Origin: the human T2T-CHM13v2.0 reference genome, Homo sapiens
Length of the DNA stretch: 64,000 nt
Assembly: GCF_009914755.1 (NCBI RefSeq)
Contig: NC_060935.1
Direction: 5' to 3' (one strand)
Shown one piece after another: positions 11,779-26,824 of this stretch. The number at the start of each line of letters is the position of its first letter. Within the stretch, counting starts at the first letter, position 1. Made by a program: the position numbers and the translations under genes. A model generated the notes under the pieces. The model was not told the DNA's origin. It did not search any database and saw only the letters and a program-made list of their open reading frames with translations.

Positions 11779-11880
11779 GTGGCAGTGGTGGTGGTGGTGA
11801 TGGTGATGGTGATGGTGATAATGATGGTGATGGGATGGTGACGGTCATGGTGATTTTGGTAGTGGGAGTATTGGTGTGGC
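11779..11880. repeat. (TGG/TGA)n low-complexity repeat
   Basis: gtggtggtggtggtgatggtgatggtgatggtgat... Confidence 0.85.
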
Positions 11881-12947
11881 ATTTCAGCAAATGTTGTTTT
11901 CATTTGTTTTAACCATCAGCCAAGGAACAAAGCAATCTGTCTCTTCAATATAGTTACACAGGTGACTAAGTGTCACCCGCTTCCACCTTCTCTAATCAAG
12001 GAAATGGTGACGATCAGGTTACTATAGATTCCTTATAAGGTGCCTTCATAATGGATAACTGTAGCCATTTTATGTAAGCATTGTCCTGTGATTAAAAAAA
12101 AAAAAAGATTCCAGTATGCTTTTGAAAAATGTGGGTGGGGGAGAGAGTTTTAATATGCTGCATTCAAGATTTGACCTATGGATTTAGATTCTAGCAATTC
12201 ATGAGGTTGTCTTAATCTAAAGCTTTCTGGTGATAGATGTTTGAGAAGCTAGGATTATATTAACTAGTCATGTTGAAACTACAGATTTAACTTTAAAAAA
12301 TTATTTTAAACTTACTATAATACCCATATTCCAATACACATTATTAATGTTAGCTATCATCTCACCATTTCCTTTTTTACTTATTTTCAATTTTTTTTGA
12401 AAATAAGTAGTTGACCTTTCTCTTTGAATCTTTACATCATTCAATCCCAAGATTCCTTATTGCATACTAATTTCCTGCCGCCAAGAAATCTCTGTTTCAT
12501 GCCCTAAGCCAGAGTATGCCCATTTGCAGTGATTATGTTTCTCATAATCCAATTCATATTGTCCTTATTTAAAATGTACAATGTCTAGTCTCAACCTCAT
12601 ACCTGCAAAGATATCACAATATTTTTGTTAGCATGTTCCTTACCACAGTTCTTGGATTTCTACCAAAACAAAGTTTCTACAAAACTTCCTGTGGTCATCC
12701 TTCTTAGCCTTTGCTGCCCCAGTTTCCTTAATTCTTATTAAAGTTCTAGCTCATTTATCAGTGGATTAAGCAATGAACGGTAATTAACATTGTGGACCCA
12801 TTCAAGGCTGTTTTGCCATCATTTTTTGGAATACCTTAAAAAGACTAAACTTTGTGATAGGCTGTATAAGAATGCAAAGGTAAAGAAATGCAGATGGGAG
12901 TGTAAGTGAAAACATGCAGTACTGACCTTCCTGATTGCTCATTACAG

Positions 12948-13010
12948 GAGACCAAGACACATTCCACCCCAGTGGGGGGTCCCATACCACTCATGGATCT
13001 GAATCAGATG
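12948..13010 (+). CDS. CD44: CD44 constant stem exon following the variant block (63 nt)
   Basis: attacag|GAGAC...CAGATG|gtgagt; translates DQDTFHPSGGSHTTHGSESD. Confidence 0.98.
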
Positions 13011-13099
13011 GTGAGTTCAAAACTGCTTTAGTCATTTACTGTTATAATCATTGAGCCTAATGATGACTACCAACGAAGTATGAGTCAGTGTCTCCAGAG

Positions 13100-13292
13100 A
13101 AGTGGTTCTCAAACCTTCTTAGCATACATCACAATTGCAGGGAGGGCTTATTAAACCACAATGCTGGACCCCACCCTTAAGGTTCCTGATTCAGTAGGTC
13201 TGGGGTGGAGCCCAAGCATTTGCATTTCTAATCAGTTCCCTGGTAATACTGACACTGCTGGGACAGGGATTGCACTTTGAGAGCTACTGCTC
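13100..13292. mobile_element. MER5-type hAT DNA transposon remnant
   Basis: agtggttctcaaac...ctgattcagtaggtctggggtggagccc...tttgcatttcta...gcactttgagagctactg; boundaries approximate. Confidence 0.75.
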
Positions 13293-13697
13293 TGGAGGAA
13301 AGCCTTGCATCTGAAAGCCTCAGGAAGAATTCAAGCAGTGTCCCAATTTAACATTGCACTACACCAGAGTGATTAAGAGCTTGAGCTTTGTAGCAAAAAT
13401 GGCCTGAGTTCGATTCCAGCCCTCCGCATATTAACTGAGCAAGATGCTTTAAAGGGTCTGAGACAACATTTCTCAACTAATAAACTTGGAATAATAACAA
13501 TTGTCACAGGACATTGTTTCAAAGACTAAATGATAGAATACATGTAAAGCATTTAGCATAATCCTGGCACATGATATCATCACTGGTATTTGTTGGGAAT
13601 TTACTGTGTGCCAGCAGCATCTTTCTAAACACTTTACATGTATTAGGTTGGGCCAAATGGAACTGCCATTATTGTAGGTCAAGAACAGGTCAATATC

Positions 13698-14002
<305 letters not shown>

Positions 14003-14019
14003 TTAATATCAGCAAATTC

Positions 14020-14210
14020 ATAGAGTTTATCTAGTATGAACTCATTCAGTCATCCTATAAACTCTGTGACATAGGTAAGTACTATTATTATCCCCATGTT
14101 ACAGATGAGGAAACTAAGGCTCAGAGAAGGTAAGTAACTTGGCAGAGTTGACAGGACCAGAGAGTGATGGAGCCACCTTTCAAGCCTGGAGGGCCTTGTA
14201 TTACTTCTCA
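14020..14210. mobile_element. MIR remnant
   Basis: MIR core: attattatccccatgttacagatgaggaaactaaggctcagagaaggtaagtaactt. Confidence 0.75.
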
Positions 14211-14849
14211 TAGCACAGTCTGGAGAAGGCATTCCATAATGACCATAATTACTCCCAGGCATGAATTCTTAAATAGACTCCTGTTTGTTGTGATTCAGAT
14301 CACACCCCTACAAACCTTACCCCAGACTGCAAAAGTCTGACATGAGGTAGGTTTACTAATTACTTCTACTGCTGGGCTACTGGGAGGTTCTGCCAGTGCT
14401 GCCTTACTGTGGTCTCCCTGAACATCATAAATCCAGGTGACCCCATGTAAATGATTTAAGCCATATCAATTATTGTCTCCCCTTTTTATGCCCAAGTTTG
14501 AGTGAGGCTCACCATCAGATTTAAATGTTTACACATTGAAAACAAATATGAAGATGGATATTTACATGGTGGCTTCCACAATAACTCTCTATGGAGGAGC
14601 ACTAGGAGGTAGGGATTCATTAGAAATGCTTCTGAAATAGAGACAGAAGTCACAGGTTCACTGGGGACTTTAGGCAGGGCACTTAACCTTTCCCAGACTC
14701 AGTTTCCTTGTTAGTAAAAAGGAGATCAAATCATCTGCCTCAGTTGCTTCCTAGAGTTATTGTGAGGAAGACAGGGTACCAGAAGTGTGAAAGTACTCTG
14801 AAAAAGTAGGGAGTTATTATTAAGGGGCATGATCTCTAAAACCAAGAGA

Positions 14850-15020
14850 CCCCAGCCACTCTCTAAGTATGATTCTTTAACCATCAGAGTGGACATCACC
14901 TAGGAACTTGTTGGAAATGCAGAATCCTTGGCCAACCCAGACCTACTGAATCAGGATCTGCATTTTAACTACACTCTCCCACCCAGGTGGTTTATATGCA
15001 CATTAAAGTTTGGAAGCTTA
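14850..15020. mobile_element. MER5-type DNA transposon remnant
   Basis: catcacctaggaacttgttggaaatgcagaatc...cagacctactgaatcaggatctgcattttaac. Confidence 0.7.
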
Positions 15021-15993
15021 GACTGTGCTAGACTGCTTTTCTCACCATTGAAGCCAATTGAACAATCTCTGTGCATATGTCTCAGATTACATGTCATCTC
15101 CCAACAGGAATATCAAGTGCTCCTCTTTGTGGAACTTGCTACTGTGGCCAGTCCTACCCTGGCTGGATTTGTAGACATCTAGGGCACAAGGCAAGACCTG
15201 CTATCTCACATCCATCTTCTGTGGCTTTTGCTTGAAGTGAGAATCAAGCAGACAGGAGCCAGTCTCTTTTGTTTGGCTTCTGAGCAGGTGTCTATTGTTC
15301 AAACAGGAGGTTTCATCTTGCTGCACGCACACCCAGATCTTTTCTTGCTGGGAGCACTTCTTCTTTTTTTTTTTTTTTTAAATCAAAATAAAGTGATTAT
15401 GATCCGTTAATGGCCTCTTTTTAAATATCAAAGGCTTCTATGAGTCAGAAAAGAAAAAAAAAAAAAAGAACAGTGAGAGTGACTGTACCTCCTGGGGAGT
15501 TTTCACGGCCAAAGATCTTCAGTTTAGGTGGCCAGTGTCCCATGAGTTGGGCAGGTGAAAACCTGCCAACCACCAAGGACACTGGAAGGCATGTAGGGAA
15601 AGGGCCTTGGACTGTTTTGGAGATTTGTAAAGTCAAAGGCCACTGTCAACATAGGATAGGGGATGTTGAAACACCCAGATGTCTGGTAGGAACTGGTTTT
15701 GCTCCCTTTTAAGTTTTAACAAAAGCATCAAATTGCATAAACAAGAGCCATCCTGTCCCCATATAACCATTGTAATCAAGATTTCAGTGTGCACAGCCTA
15801 AAGTTTGGCTCCATGAGGAAAGCTCTCATTTAAGACCCCACCATTTTCATCCATTGATCAGCCTTCAGGATTCTACAGTGGGCTTCCATTTGGTAGGAAA
15901 AAAAAAGTTCATTTTGGTGGAACACTTTCAAATTTTGTTTTGAAGCAATGGAGGAAGAATTTTTAAAAATTCATGAAGCTTTCATTTTGATGA

Positions 15994-16200
<207 letters not shown>

Positions 16201-16435
16201 TAGAACCATTGTGTCTCCCTCATTTCGATAGGCCTCCAGTTCTGACTTGAGGATTGTCTGTCTTGCGATACTTCCTCCCAGTTTAAGGCATTTTGTTCAT
16301 CTCCTTATTTTGCTTTTTAGCAGTAGAAAATGTTGATTCTTCTAACAAGGTGTGTTTCAGTAATATATTAGCAGGGACTCTAATAGGGTGATTTTTCATA
16401 GTCAGAAAGGGCCACTGCCGCTAAACTCCTTATTT

Positions 16436-16709
<274 letters not shown>

Positions 16710-16769
16710 AAACTCCTTATTTTATAGTGTTTATGTTGGCTCCTATGATGCTATTGGATGAGATTTTCA

Positions 16770-16935
16770 GGTTCCCTTTGGGCTTTCTGGAGCGTGTGAG
16801 TCCCCTGGGGGTCTTGTTAAAATGAAGATTCTGATTTGGTAGCTTTGAGATGAGGCATAAGATTCTGCATTTCTAGCGATCTCCCCAGGTATGCCTGTCC
16901 TGATGGTCTGAGAGCCACACTTTGAGTAGCAAGGT
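16770..16935. mobile_element. MER5-type DNA transposon remnant
   Basis: tcttgttaaaatgaagattctgatttggtag...gattctgcatttctag...ccacactttgagtagc. Confidence 0.65.
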
Positions 16936-17412
16936 CCTAAATTAAAAATAGAAAATAACAACCACACACAACTACCAATACCATGTATTTCTTCAAATCT
17001 CTGCAAAATTATGATGAACAGCATTCTGTTATCCCCATCTTACGAGTGTGAAAAGGGAGACTTGGAGAAGGTAGATTGACCCAGCACACATGGCTAGTTA
17101 GCAAGGGACAGCGGTGAGACTTAAATCCAGGGTTGTCCAGCTCTAGACACCAAAGTCCTGAACACTGTGCAACACTGCTGCTGAGAATTCTCATGTTCCT
17201 TGACACAAAATAACATTACTAAGCCTTAGCCTTAATCAAATGAGGTGGGGGGGAAATCTTTTGTGTAATGCTTTATAAACATCTGCAGCTTGAATCCATA
17301 AATGGCTTCTCAGTGATTCAGAATGTGGAGAGCTGCCCTTTATGCAGCTCCACAAGGAACTCATGGTTACACATTTCAAACTTTGGTTGAGAGATGTTGT
17401 TTTTCCCCTTAG

Positions 17413-17484
17413 GACACTCACATGGGAGTCAAGAAGGTGGAGCAAACACAACCTCTGGTCCTATAAGGACACCCCAAATTCCAG
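17413..17484 (+). CDS. CD44: CD44 constant membrane-proximal exon (72 nt)
   Basis: ccccttag|GACAC...TTCCAG|gtgagt; translates [23 protein letters not shown]. Confidence 0.98.
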
Positions 17485-18860
17485 GTGAGTTTCAAACTTT
17501 GAGGCAGAAAAACACACTGAAAGCAGCTTTCTCAGAATGTCCCAGCAAGGACGAAGAGACTCATTTGAAAGCACATTCTCCACAATGCCCAACATATGAA
17601 TCCAATTGCTCCTCTTTACAAGTTAAAGGATGAATGAGAATACTACACCCTCTTGGTAGGAAAAGATGGAATAGTCTTTTCTTCCTGGGTTCTGCAAACT
17701 AGCTGAGCTCATACTCAGATCTGTCCCTGGCCTGTCCCAGAGAAGTGCCATGTTAGTTACTAAAGCTTCCTTCCTAAATGAATGATCACCAAGAGGACCC
17801 CATGTCATACCTAGGTCCTTTCTATCCCAATCCAATTTCCACTTATTTCTGGGGTCCAAGGTGAAGCATGTAATTTTCCTTTTACGATTACAGACAGGGA
17901 GGAGCTACAAGAGGCATTTATGTTAGATGGAGTGAAAACTTTCTTTTGGTTCCCCAACTAATTTTTTTTTGGTCGAGGGACCGCCTGCTGATGTGGACAG
18001 AATAAACTTTTCAGAAAGTATGCATGTGCAGTGAGGAGGCTGGGACACCTGGTTCTCCTGAGCATCAAGACAAGGCATTTGTTGCAAATTCTTTATTTGA
18101 CTTGGAATTAAAATTGATTTGTCATAGAGAATTACTAAAGGGAAGGGTTCTCCTAAGGTTGTAAATTACCCTTTTAATTCTCTCCTCTTCAGAGGTCTCC
18201 AGACTGAGCCTCTCTTGGGGAAAGAGAAGAATGTGGCATGCACCGTTCTCCTTTGCCCCAGCTTGCCTAAGCACACCTGAAGACAGACCAGACAGAGACA
18301 GGGGTGGGCTGTCCCAAGGGAGAGCACAGGGGAAGCCTTAGCTGTCATCAGGCAGCAAGATTCTTCCCAGCTCCAGTGACAGTGCAGGTGGGATATCTCA
18401 GGGCTGGAAACCAGGGCCACAGTGGGCAGGAGTAGAAAGGAAGAACAGAAATCGGGCCCTCCTCTCAGTCCCCCCCACTTCTGACTCTACCTCCCTCTCC
18501 AAACTCATCTAAACCAGGAAAAGGTGAGGCAAAGGTAGCGCTGAGCAGGAAATCAGAGATAAACCAAAATTTCCAAGAAGAAAACAGATAATGAGACTTT
18601 CCATGCCTCTTCTTTCTCAAGCCCTGGTTCATTGCACACATATACAACCCACTTTGCAACTGAATTTAGTGGAGTTGTCAAGTCATATTTTAGTCCTAAA
18701 AGAGCCTGATTTCAAAATGTGTAGAATATTAATCCACAAGTGATATATAATTATTGAAAACATTTGAAAAAATACAACTAAATAAAATAATGGAAATATA
18801 AATCAATTATTATCAATCTCACCATCCAGAAATACCATGGTTACCATTTTAATATACGTC

Positions 18861-19153
18861 TTTTTTTTTTTTTTTTTTTGAGATGGAGTTTTGCTTTGTT
18901 GCCCAGGCTGGAGTGCAGTGGCGCGACCTCGGCCCACTGCAACCTCTGCTTCCTGAGTTCAAGCGATTCTCCTGCCTCAGCCTCCTGAGTAGCTGAGATT
19001 ACAGCATGCCACCATGCCCAGCTAATTTTTGTAGTTTTAGAGATGGGGTTTCACCATGTTGGTCAGGCTGGTCTCAAACTCCTGACCTCGTGATTCACCC
19101 ACTTCAGCCTCCTAAAGTGCTGGGATTACAGGCGTGAGCCACCGCACCCGGCC
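18861..19153 (-). mobile_element. Alu (AluS-like)
   Basis: polyT followed by a full antisense Alu ending gccaccgcacccggcc. Confidence 0.95.
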
Positions 19154-19748
19154 TTTCCTGTCATTTTAAAATGTAAAATATATACCAAAATGTGATTACA
19201 TCTTACATGGTGTTTAGCAAACATTGCCTACTGGTTAACCATGGCTTCCATGTCATTGAATATTTCCTCCTCATATTGTAGTGCGTAATGCAATAGATGT
19301 ACCCTAATTTATTTAACCAATCCTTTATTGCCTCCATTTTTGTTTTTTAATACAATGTAAGGTGGATAGGTGGATGCTCTTATACAGGAAAAAAATGTTC
19401 CTTTCAAAAGAAGCCTACATTTCCTTTTATATGTTTAATAATATTATACCAAAGGCATCTACAAGATTCAACAAGTCATCCTGTCCTTTTTTAGAAACAT
19501 AGTTCTCCTGAAGGGACTTGAAAATCCTGACTGATGATAAAAGATTAAAGCAAGAAGGCTGTTGGACAAATACCTTCAGCAAATTGCTCTTCCAGAATTA
19601 CCTGCCTATTGGCTGGACCTATTGGCCAGACCCCCCTGCAGCGCTGACTGTGGTGCTTGTTTCAACTAGGTCAATTATAAAGTGCATTTTTGTTTTTACA
19701 AAGTGTGTCTCTGAAGCTCACGCATGTCATTTAATTTACTCATACCAG

Positions 19749-19827
19749 AATGGCTGATCATCTTGGCATCCCTCTTGGCCTTGGCTTTGATTCTTGCAGT
19801 TTGCATTGCAGTCAACAGTCGAAGAAG
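19749..19827 (+). CDS. CD44: CD44 transmembrane exon (79 nt)
   Basis: cataccag|AATGG...GAAGAAG|gtaagg; translates [26 protein letters not shown]. Confidence 0.99.
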
Positions 19828-19879
19828 GTAAGGGGCTGTCCTGGGGGCTTTCAACTTGGAAAGGGCATCATTTAAACCT

Positions 19880-20050
19880 GGGCTTTATATCCTTGCTGCT
19901 CAGAGCGTAGTCCCTGGAACCAGCAGCCTGGGTACCCTGGGAGTTTGTTGGAAATGCACAATCTCAGACCCAACCCCAGACGTCCTATGGCAGAGTCTGC
20001 ATCTTAACAAGTTTCCAGGGATTCATGTGCATGGTGCAGCTTAAGACATC
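19880..20050. mobile_element. MER5A-type DNA transposon remnant
   Basis: gtccctggaaccagcagc...ggagtttgttggaaatgcacaatctcagaccc...tctgcatcttaacaag. Confidence 0.7.
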
Positions 20051-20469
20051 TTTCTCTGCCCCGGTTTTTAGAGACAGGAGACACCTGTGATTGTTTGGCT
20101 CATCACTTTTAGGTAGTGGTTGAATCCTTTGTGATTTTACATGTTTTTTAGGGTTAAACCTCATGCAGACTCTGTCTGATGAAAGTTATGAAGTATCTCA
20201 CCAGGAAGGCACACAAAAGTATATACTCATTCATTGATTTGTTAAATATTTATTAAATACATTCACAATGCACAAATATCGTATAAATATTCAGTGATTC
20301 ATCATCCCCTGTAGCCTCTCTGAGGCCCAGGGAACCTTTAAGAACTTTTACCAGAAGGAAGTATTGGCCTTGTGCTTTTGTTTGTCGTTTGTTTTTTTAT
20401 TGGCCTTGTGCTTTTGTTTGTTGTTTGGTTTTTGTAATGATATCATTTTCTATTTTCTGGGAACTGTAG

Positions 20470-20473
20470 TTGA
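20470..20473 (+). CDS. CD44: Coding part of the CD44 alternative short-tail terminal exon
   Basis: ctgtag|TTGAAGAG: AG from the TM exon + T = Ser, then TGA, giving the tail NSRRS* known for the short-tail isoform. Confidence 0.88.
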
Positions 20474-21175
20474 AGAGATTCAGGTTATAGCATAAGAAGA
20501 GCACTGTTTCATCGTCTTCTTGCTGTTAGGAGGTCTATGAAGCAGAGAAGAACTTTCCTTTGGAAAACAACTAAATGAAGACAGTCACCTCCCTAGAACT
20601 GACACATGGGCTGTTTTTATATTCTTGAAGGCCACTCTCTCCCTACCTGAACCAAGACCTATAGGTTTACATGTTATTTACATTTTATATATAATATATA
20701 TATATATATATATACACATACATTATATATACACAATAGTAATTCTAGCAACAGAGGAAATGACCTTTAACAGGGGTATAAATCTAAATTTATAAAAGTA
20801 TAAATCTAAATTTCTTACCCAAGACACTTTAAAGATACATTATTTTTCTCCAGGACGTAATTCATAGGAATATTAAGCCTTTTGTAAATGTCCCTTTAGA
20901 TGGTTTCTCATAAGGTAAAAGAAACTTATTTCCAAGCAGGACCACCTTTATTGTGTCCCCAGATCACCTCACAGGGCAGAAAAATGCCCCTCAGTCTGGG
21001 AGAAGACCTAGAGAGAATTATGGACTCCTTACTGGTTTTTGGAAAGCAACCAACAGCTAATTCCAACACCATGGGCAGCCCATACAGTCTCTAATTATCT
21101 GAGAAAATCAAATGATGCTGTTACAATAATTACGCTGGTACAAGTTAATAAAAGTGCCATGTTACAGTCAAACAG
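20474..21175 (+). other. CD44: Probable 3'UTR of the CD44 short-tail exon (3' end uncertain)
   Basis: AU-rich sequence after the stop; first canonical AATAAA seen at 21147-21152. Confidence 0.55.
20686..20731. repeat. (TA)n microsatellite
   Basis: Imperfect TA array. Confidence 0.9.
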
Positions 21176-22550
21176 CTATGTTGCTATCTATACCATTGAG
21201 GGCATAGTTTTAAAAAGTAGTTATGCTACCTGATTGTATAAGGAACAAAACTGAGAGAAAAAATCTAAAAGGCCGCCTATGATTGAATGGAAAGATTTTT
21301 TTTAGTTGAATTTAAATAATGTGACTTGGGGGAGCCTTTACAAAGAGTCTTTATACCTCCCTTCAGCTTCCTCATTTTCCCTTGGATTACTTTTGCTCAA
21401 TTAAATATGAATTTCCTATTGTGTGCAATCAGCCCTTTATTGCCAAGCCCTAGAATGCACCACTTTTGCTCACATACACAGTCCATAAGCTTTGCACATG
21501 TCACCATAGAAACGCTGGCATGGATGCTGTCGACATTTAGGGAGACCTCGGAGAAGCATCTCAGCTGTCCCTAAGAGCAGCTGGAGTCCATACATTGGGG
21601 CTGGGTATCTCCCCCATCGTCTGTGTCTTGTCAGCAGCAGACAGCAGAGAAGGGGCCTCATTGCTGCCCTCTCCCTCCTCCCAAGACCAGCAGTCACCCT
21701 GGCAACCGGCAAACAGGGACACACAGGGTCCGGCACAGCGAGTATCTCACCAGGAAAGTAGCTGCTTGGATGCCATAAATTACTATGTCCTGATTTGATA
21801 ATTGAAAACAGATTTGCCACGCAGCTAAAAGGTGGTGAACAGCTGTACGGGCCCCTTAATGGGCTCTGTGATTCTAAAGCTGTCAACCCATTTCTAATCC
21901 CCTTCAAAGGCTGAGGCTTTTCTGCTTTGAGTGTCACATTTAAGAGAAAGAGATACAGAATCCTATTTTCATCAGAGAAAGTTTGGTTGAAAATGGGGCC
22001 TCCAATAGGTGTTCATTTATTCAGCAAACATCTTTTGAGTGGCTCCTGTGACTACCAGCCCTGGCAAGGAGAAAGAGAAGGTAAAAAACAAAAAGAGTAC
22101 CACCCCTTTTCTAAAAGAATCTTGAGGTTTAGTGGCAGTATTGGCCTCTTGAATTTGAATTGGCTAATATTTATTGAGAACATTCCCTGTGCCAGACACT
22201 GTTATATAAATTATGGTTAAAAGACAAAAGTGGAAAATCATTAGTCTCTGAAGTTGACATACAAGGATGGGTCATGGGCTTGCATGATGAAGTGATCTGT
22301 GAGTCACGTTGTCTTAAAGATGCTGGGTTGGGGGTTCTATTACTTCTTTAGGTTTTTCCACCCCTGCCATCATCCAAAACAGCTTTCTTTGCTGTTCCTC
22401 ATGTCACCTGACTCCTTGAGTTACAGCTCTCCAAGAGAAATCATATTTTATTCCCTTTTCATGAGAGCACATAATTATTTTAGGAGTCAGTTGGGTTGAT
22501 AGATACTGCGTGAGGCTCCAGAGAAGATTTTCCTTTAAAGAATCTATCTG

Positions 22551-22863
22551 GGCCAGGTGCAGTGGCTCACTCCATGTGCAGTGGCTCACTTTGGGAGGCC
22601 GAGGCAGTGGATTAGTTGAGCCTAGGAGTTCAAGACCAGCCTGGGCAACATGGCGAAACCCCATCTCTACAAAAAACACAAAAATTAGCCGGGCATAGTG
22701 GCGCATGCCTGTGGTCTCAGCTGCTCGGGAGGTTGAGGTAGAAGAATCGCTTGAGCCCCGGGAGGTGGAGGCAGCAGTGAGCCATGATAGTGCCACTACA
22801 GCCTGGGCAACAGAGTGAGACCCTGTCTCAAACAAACAAGCAAACAAACAAACAAACAAAAAC
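22551..22863 (+). mobile_element. Alu (AluJ-like) with (AAAC)n tail
   Basis: Alu body with J-type features (ttgagcctaggagttcaagaccagcctgggcaac). Confidence 0.93.
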
Positions 22864-23114
22864 CTATCTTATTTGTCTAAAGAGGAGAAAAAAACATGAG
22901 AACTTTACTATGTTGCTTGTACATAAAAGCTGTTCATCAGCCTTCACTTTAATGGGAATAATCGTCTTTTCTATAAACCCCAGCAGGCAGTCACCCACAC
23001 TCCAATCAGTAGGTCTTCTCTACGCATCGCCATAATTTAGAAATATTTTCCTTCTCTTATGCTACAGTCTAGCTCCTGCAATCTGAGCTCACCCAACCTC
23101 GTCCTGCTGTCTAG

Positions 23115-23322
23115 AACAGTGCTATGCAATAGAACTTTCTGTGATGATGGAAATATTCTATACCTCCACTGTCCAATATATAACTACTAGCCACAACTGA
23201 GCACTTGAACTATGGCTAGTTCAACTGAGGAAGTGAATTTTTAATTTCATTTCATTGTAATTAGTTTAAATTCAAATAGCCAAATGTGGCTGGTGGCTAC
23301 CATATTGGATGGCACAGCTCTA
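23115..23322. mobile_element. MER3-like hAT DNA transposon
   Basis: caatagaactttctgtgatgatggaaatattcta...atgtggctggtggctaccatattgga. Confidence 0.75.
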
Positions 23323-23631
23323 AAACAGTGCAAAATAAATCCCTAAATATCGTTAAGGATTGTCAGGTAGAAGAGTCATGAGATCAGTTGCCAAGTTACC
23401 CACCTAAATCTTTTGAGATAAATTCTGCCATGCCATAAAAGTATGTTACCTGGCTTCTAAACCCCAGCCAGCCTGCCCTCTCTTTCCTGGTGAGGTCTCA
23501 GTCTGCCTCCTTCCACACTGTGTGATTGCTGTGTGCTCAGCTAATGCCTGAGATTTAAGGGAAGAGGAGATAAAGGTAAGACACAGATCCATGAGGATCT
23601 CTGATCTTCAGAGTCAGAAGATCCAAGCTGT

Positions 23632-24039
<408 letters not shown>

Positions 24040-24904
24040 TTACATAATGAAGAAGCTGGGCTAGATGATCTCTGAAGCCCCTTAAGGTCTAGTGCTCCTT
24101 CTTAAATTCTTATAACTAGGAATAACTTAAAAATTAGAATTTGTCTCTTAAAAGCACTTATTAGACGCCTAGAGCACTGAATATTGGAATGAGTTATTTA
24201 TGAGAATCATCCTACCCTCCTGAAACTACTCAGACAGATAGAAACACATAAATCCAAAGGGAAATGCAGGCCAACCAAAAACCAAGCACAATATTCCTGT
24301 GTCCTATAGGTCAAATGTTATCCACTGTCAAGATCAGCTTCGTTTAGATTAACAACATTAATCCCCACCCACTCCCATGCACAGACATATTTTTTATGCT
24401 CATAAATCACTTTCCCACAATATTTCATTCCATCCCTCAACCACCCATTGGTTAGGGAAATGGGAATTACTTTAACTAGACAACTTTCCTCCAAAGAACA
24501 CAGGGGCCAGGGAATTGGAAGTAACACAAGCAGTATTCTACCTTGAGCCTTTTAAATCCTCTTCATAGTAAATAATAACGAGGTAGGTGGAGGCAGCCAG
24601 GAGAAACAAGCAAAATTCATTTCATATGGCTTTTGTTATATTAACAATTATAGATAGCACTTGAAAGCTTACTGTGCTCCAGATACTGTTCTAAGTGTTA
24701 ACCCAAACCTTAGTTTCCTTACCCCGCATAAGAGCAAGAATAACAATTATTTCCTTACCCCTCATAAGAGCAAGAATAATAACAATAGACTCATTTATTT
24801 AGTGACAGTCTCTGTTTCAAGGGCTTTTCACAATCCTATGATATTGCTACTCTTAGTAACCTGGTATTATTGATGCAAAACTGAGGCTCAGAGAGGTTAA
24901 GTGA

Positions 24905-25598
<694 letters not shown>

Positions 25599-25899
25599 TG
25601 ACCATGCATCCTGCTGGACTCCATCTGTATTCCTGGTCCCCATGAATCTGTTTCACAGTTCAAGCATCCTTCCCCCAACCCCTCATCAAGCCTTATGCTA
25701 GAGGAGACAGGATCTACCTCCTGTTGAGGAGGTATAATTTTTATTTCCCCAAACAAGAGCTTAAAGTTTATGGCCTTGGCAGTCCTACAGGGAATGGTCC
25801 ATGATCATGAATAATAGAGGCTTTGTCACTATTACTCCAAATATCCAGAGGCAAAGTGAACAATTCTGACTTCATACTGTTTCCAAATCTCCAGAGGGC

Positions 25900-26120
25900 T
25901 GGCAGCATTGACAGAGCCAGGCAGAGCCCAGGCTTTGGTCATAAAGGCCTGGATTTGAATATTGGCTCTGTCATTCTTACTTTCTGTGTGACCTCGAGCA
26001 AGTTATTAAACCTCTTTTGGCCTCAGTTTCCATTGCTGTATTATGGGAACAATAGCTGCTTTGAAAGAGTGTTGTAAGAATTACAGAAAATTACATGTAA
26101 AATGTCTGGTATTCAGGAGG
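25900..26120. mobile_element. MIR remnant
   Basis: cctggatttgaat...tgtgtgacctcgagcaagttattaaacctct...cctcagtttcc. Confidence 0.7.
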
Positions 26121-26824
26121 TAATCTGCTTCCCTGAATCCCCATCTTGCTTGTAGTTGTGAAGCTATGCAACTTTCCTTCCTCTAAGCATAGTCTGACTC
26201 GTATATGTGTAGTAGTGATATGTTACAGGAAAGAGGAAGCATTGCATTAGGCTGGGTGGGGTGAAGCAATGGACAGTAACCAGGGAAAAGATCAAGGTCG
26301 TACTCTTCCATAGCAACTTTCTTTTGCGTTTGGGTCTTAAGTAATGTTTGAGAAACCTTAAATTAACGAGAATAATTTGTCTTATGTTATTAAACTTCCT
26401 ATATCAGGGTTGTATGAGTTAGCCAATGTTAGGAAAACATCACTATGGCCTTATACCTCTAGAAAAATGTTGTTTTATTCTTCTCGATACATTCAGTAAT
26501 AATGCTGACAAGGCCGACAAAGTGTTGACTGGGAGAGGAAGTTATGGGACTTTCTGGAATATACAAATCAGAATGATTTACAATCATCATGTTGATGGTT
26601 TATCTAAATCTGCAGAAACTGCTAAAATGCTTAAAAGAGGCAAACATTTCCATTGTGAAGTAAGATAGAAAGAGAATCAGAACTTGAGAGTCAGACAGAC
26701 CAGGGTTTGAATCCTCTTTCTTACTTGCTGAGTTACTTGGGGGAAGTTACTGAATTTTCTGATCCCCAAGGTTTCTTCACTTGGAATATAGAGAATATAA
26801 TAATAACACCGGCTTCCTGGAGTC

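Noticed and set aside
21470-21937. 155-aa minus-strand ORF, the longest in the track
   Set aside because: No recognisable protein similarity or domain-like composition; such a length is achievable by chance in 64 kb
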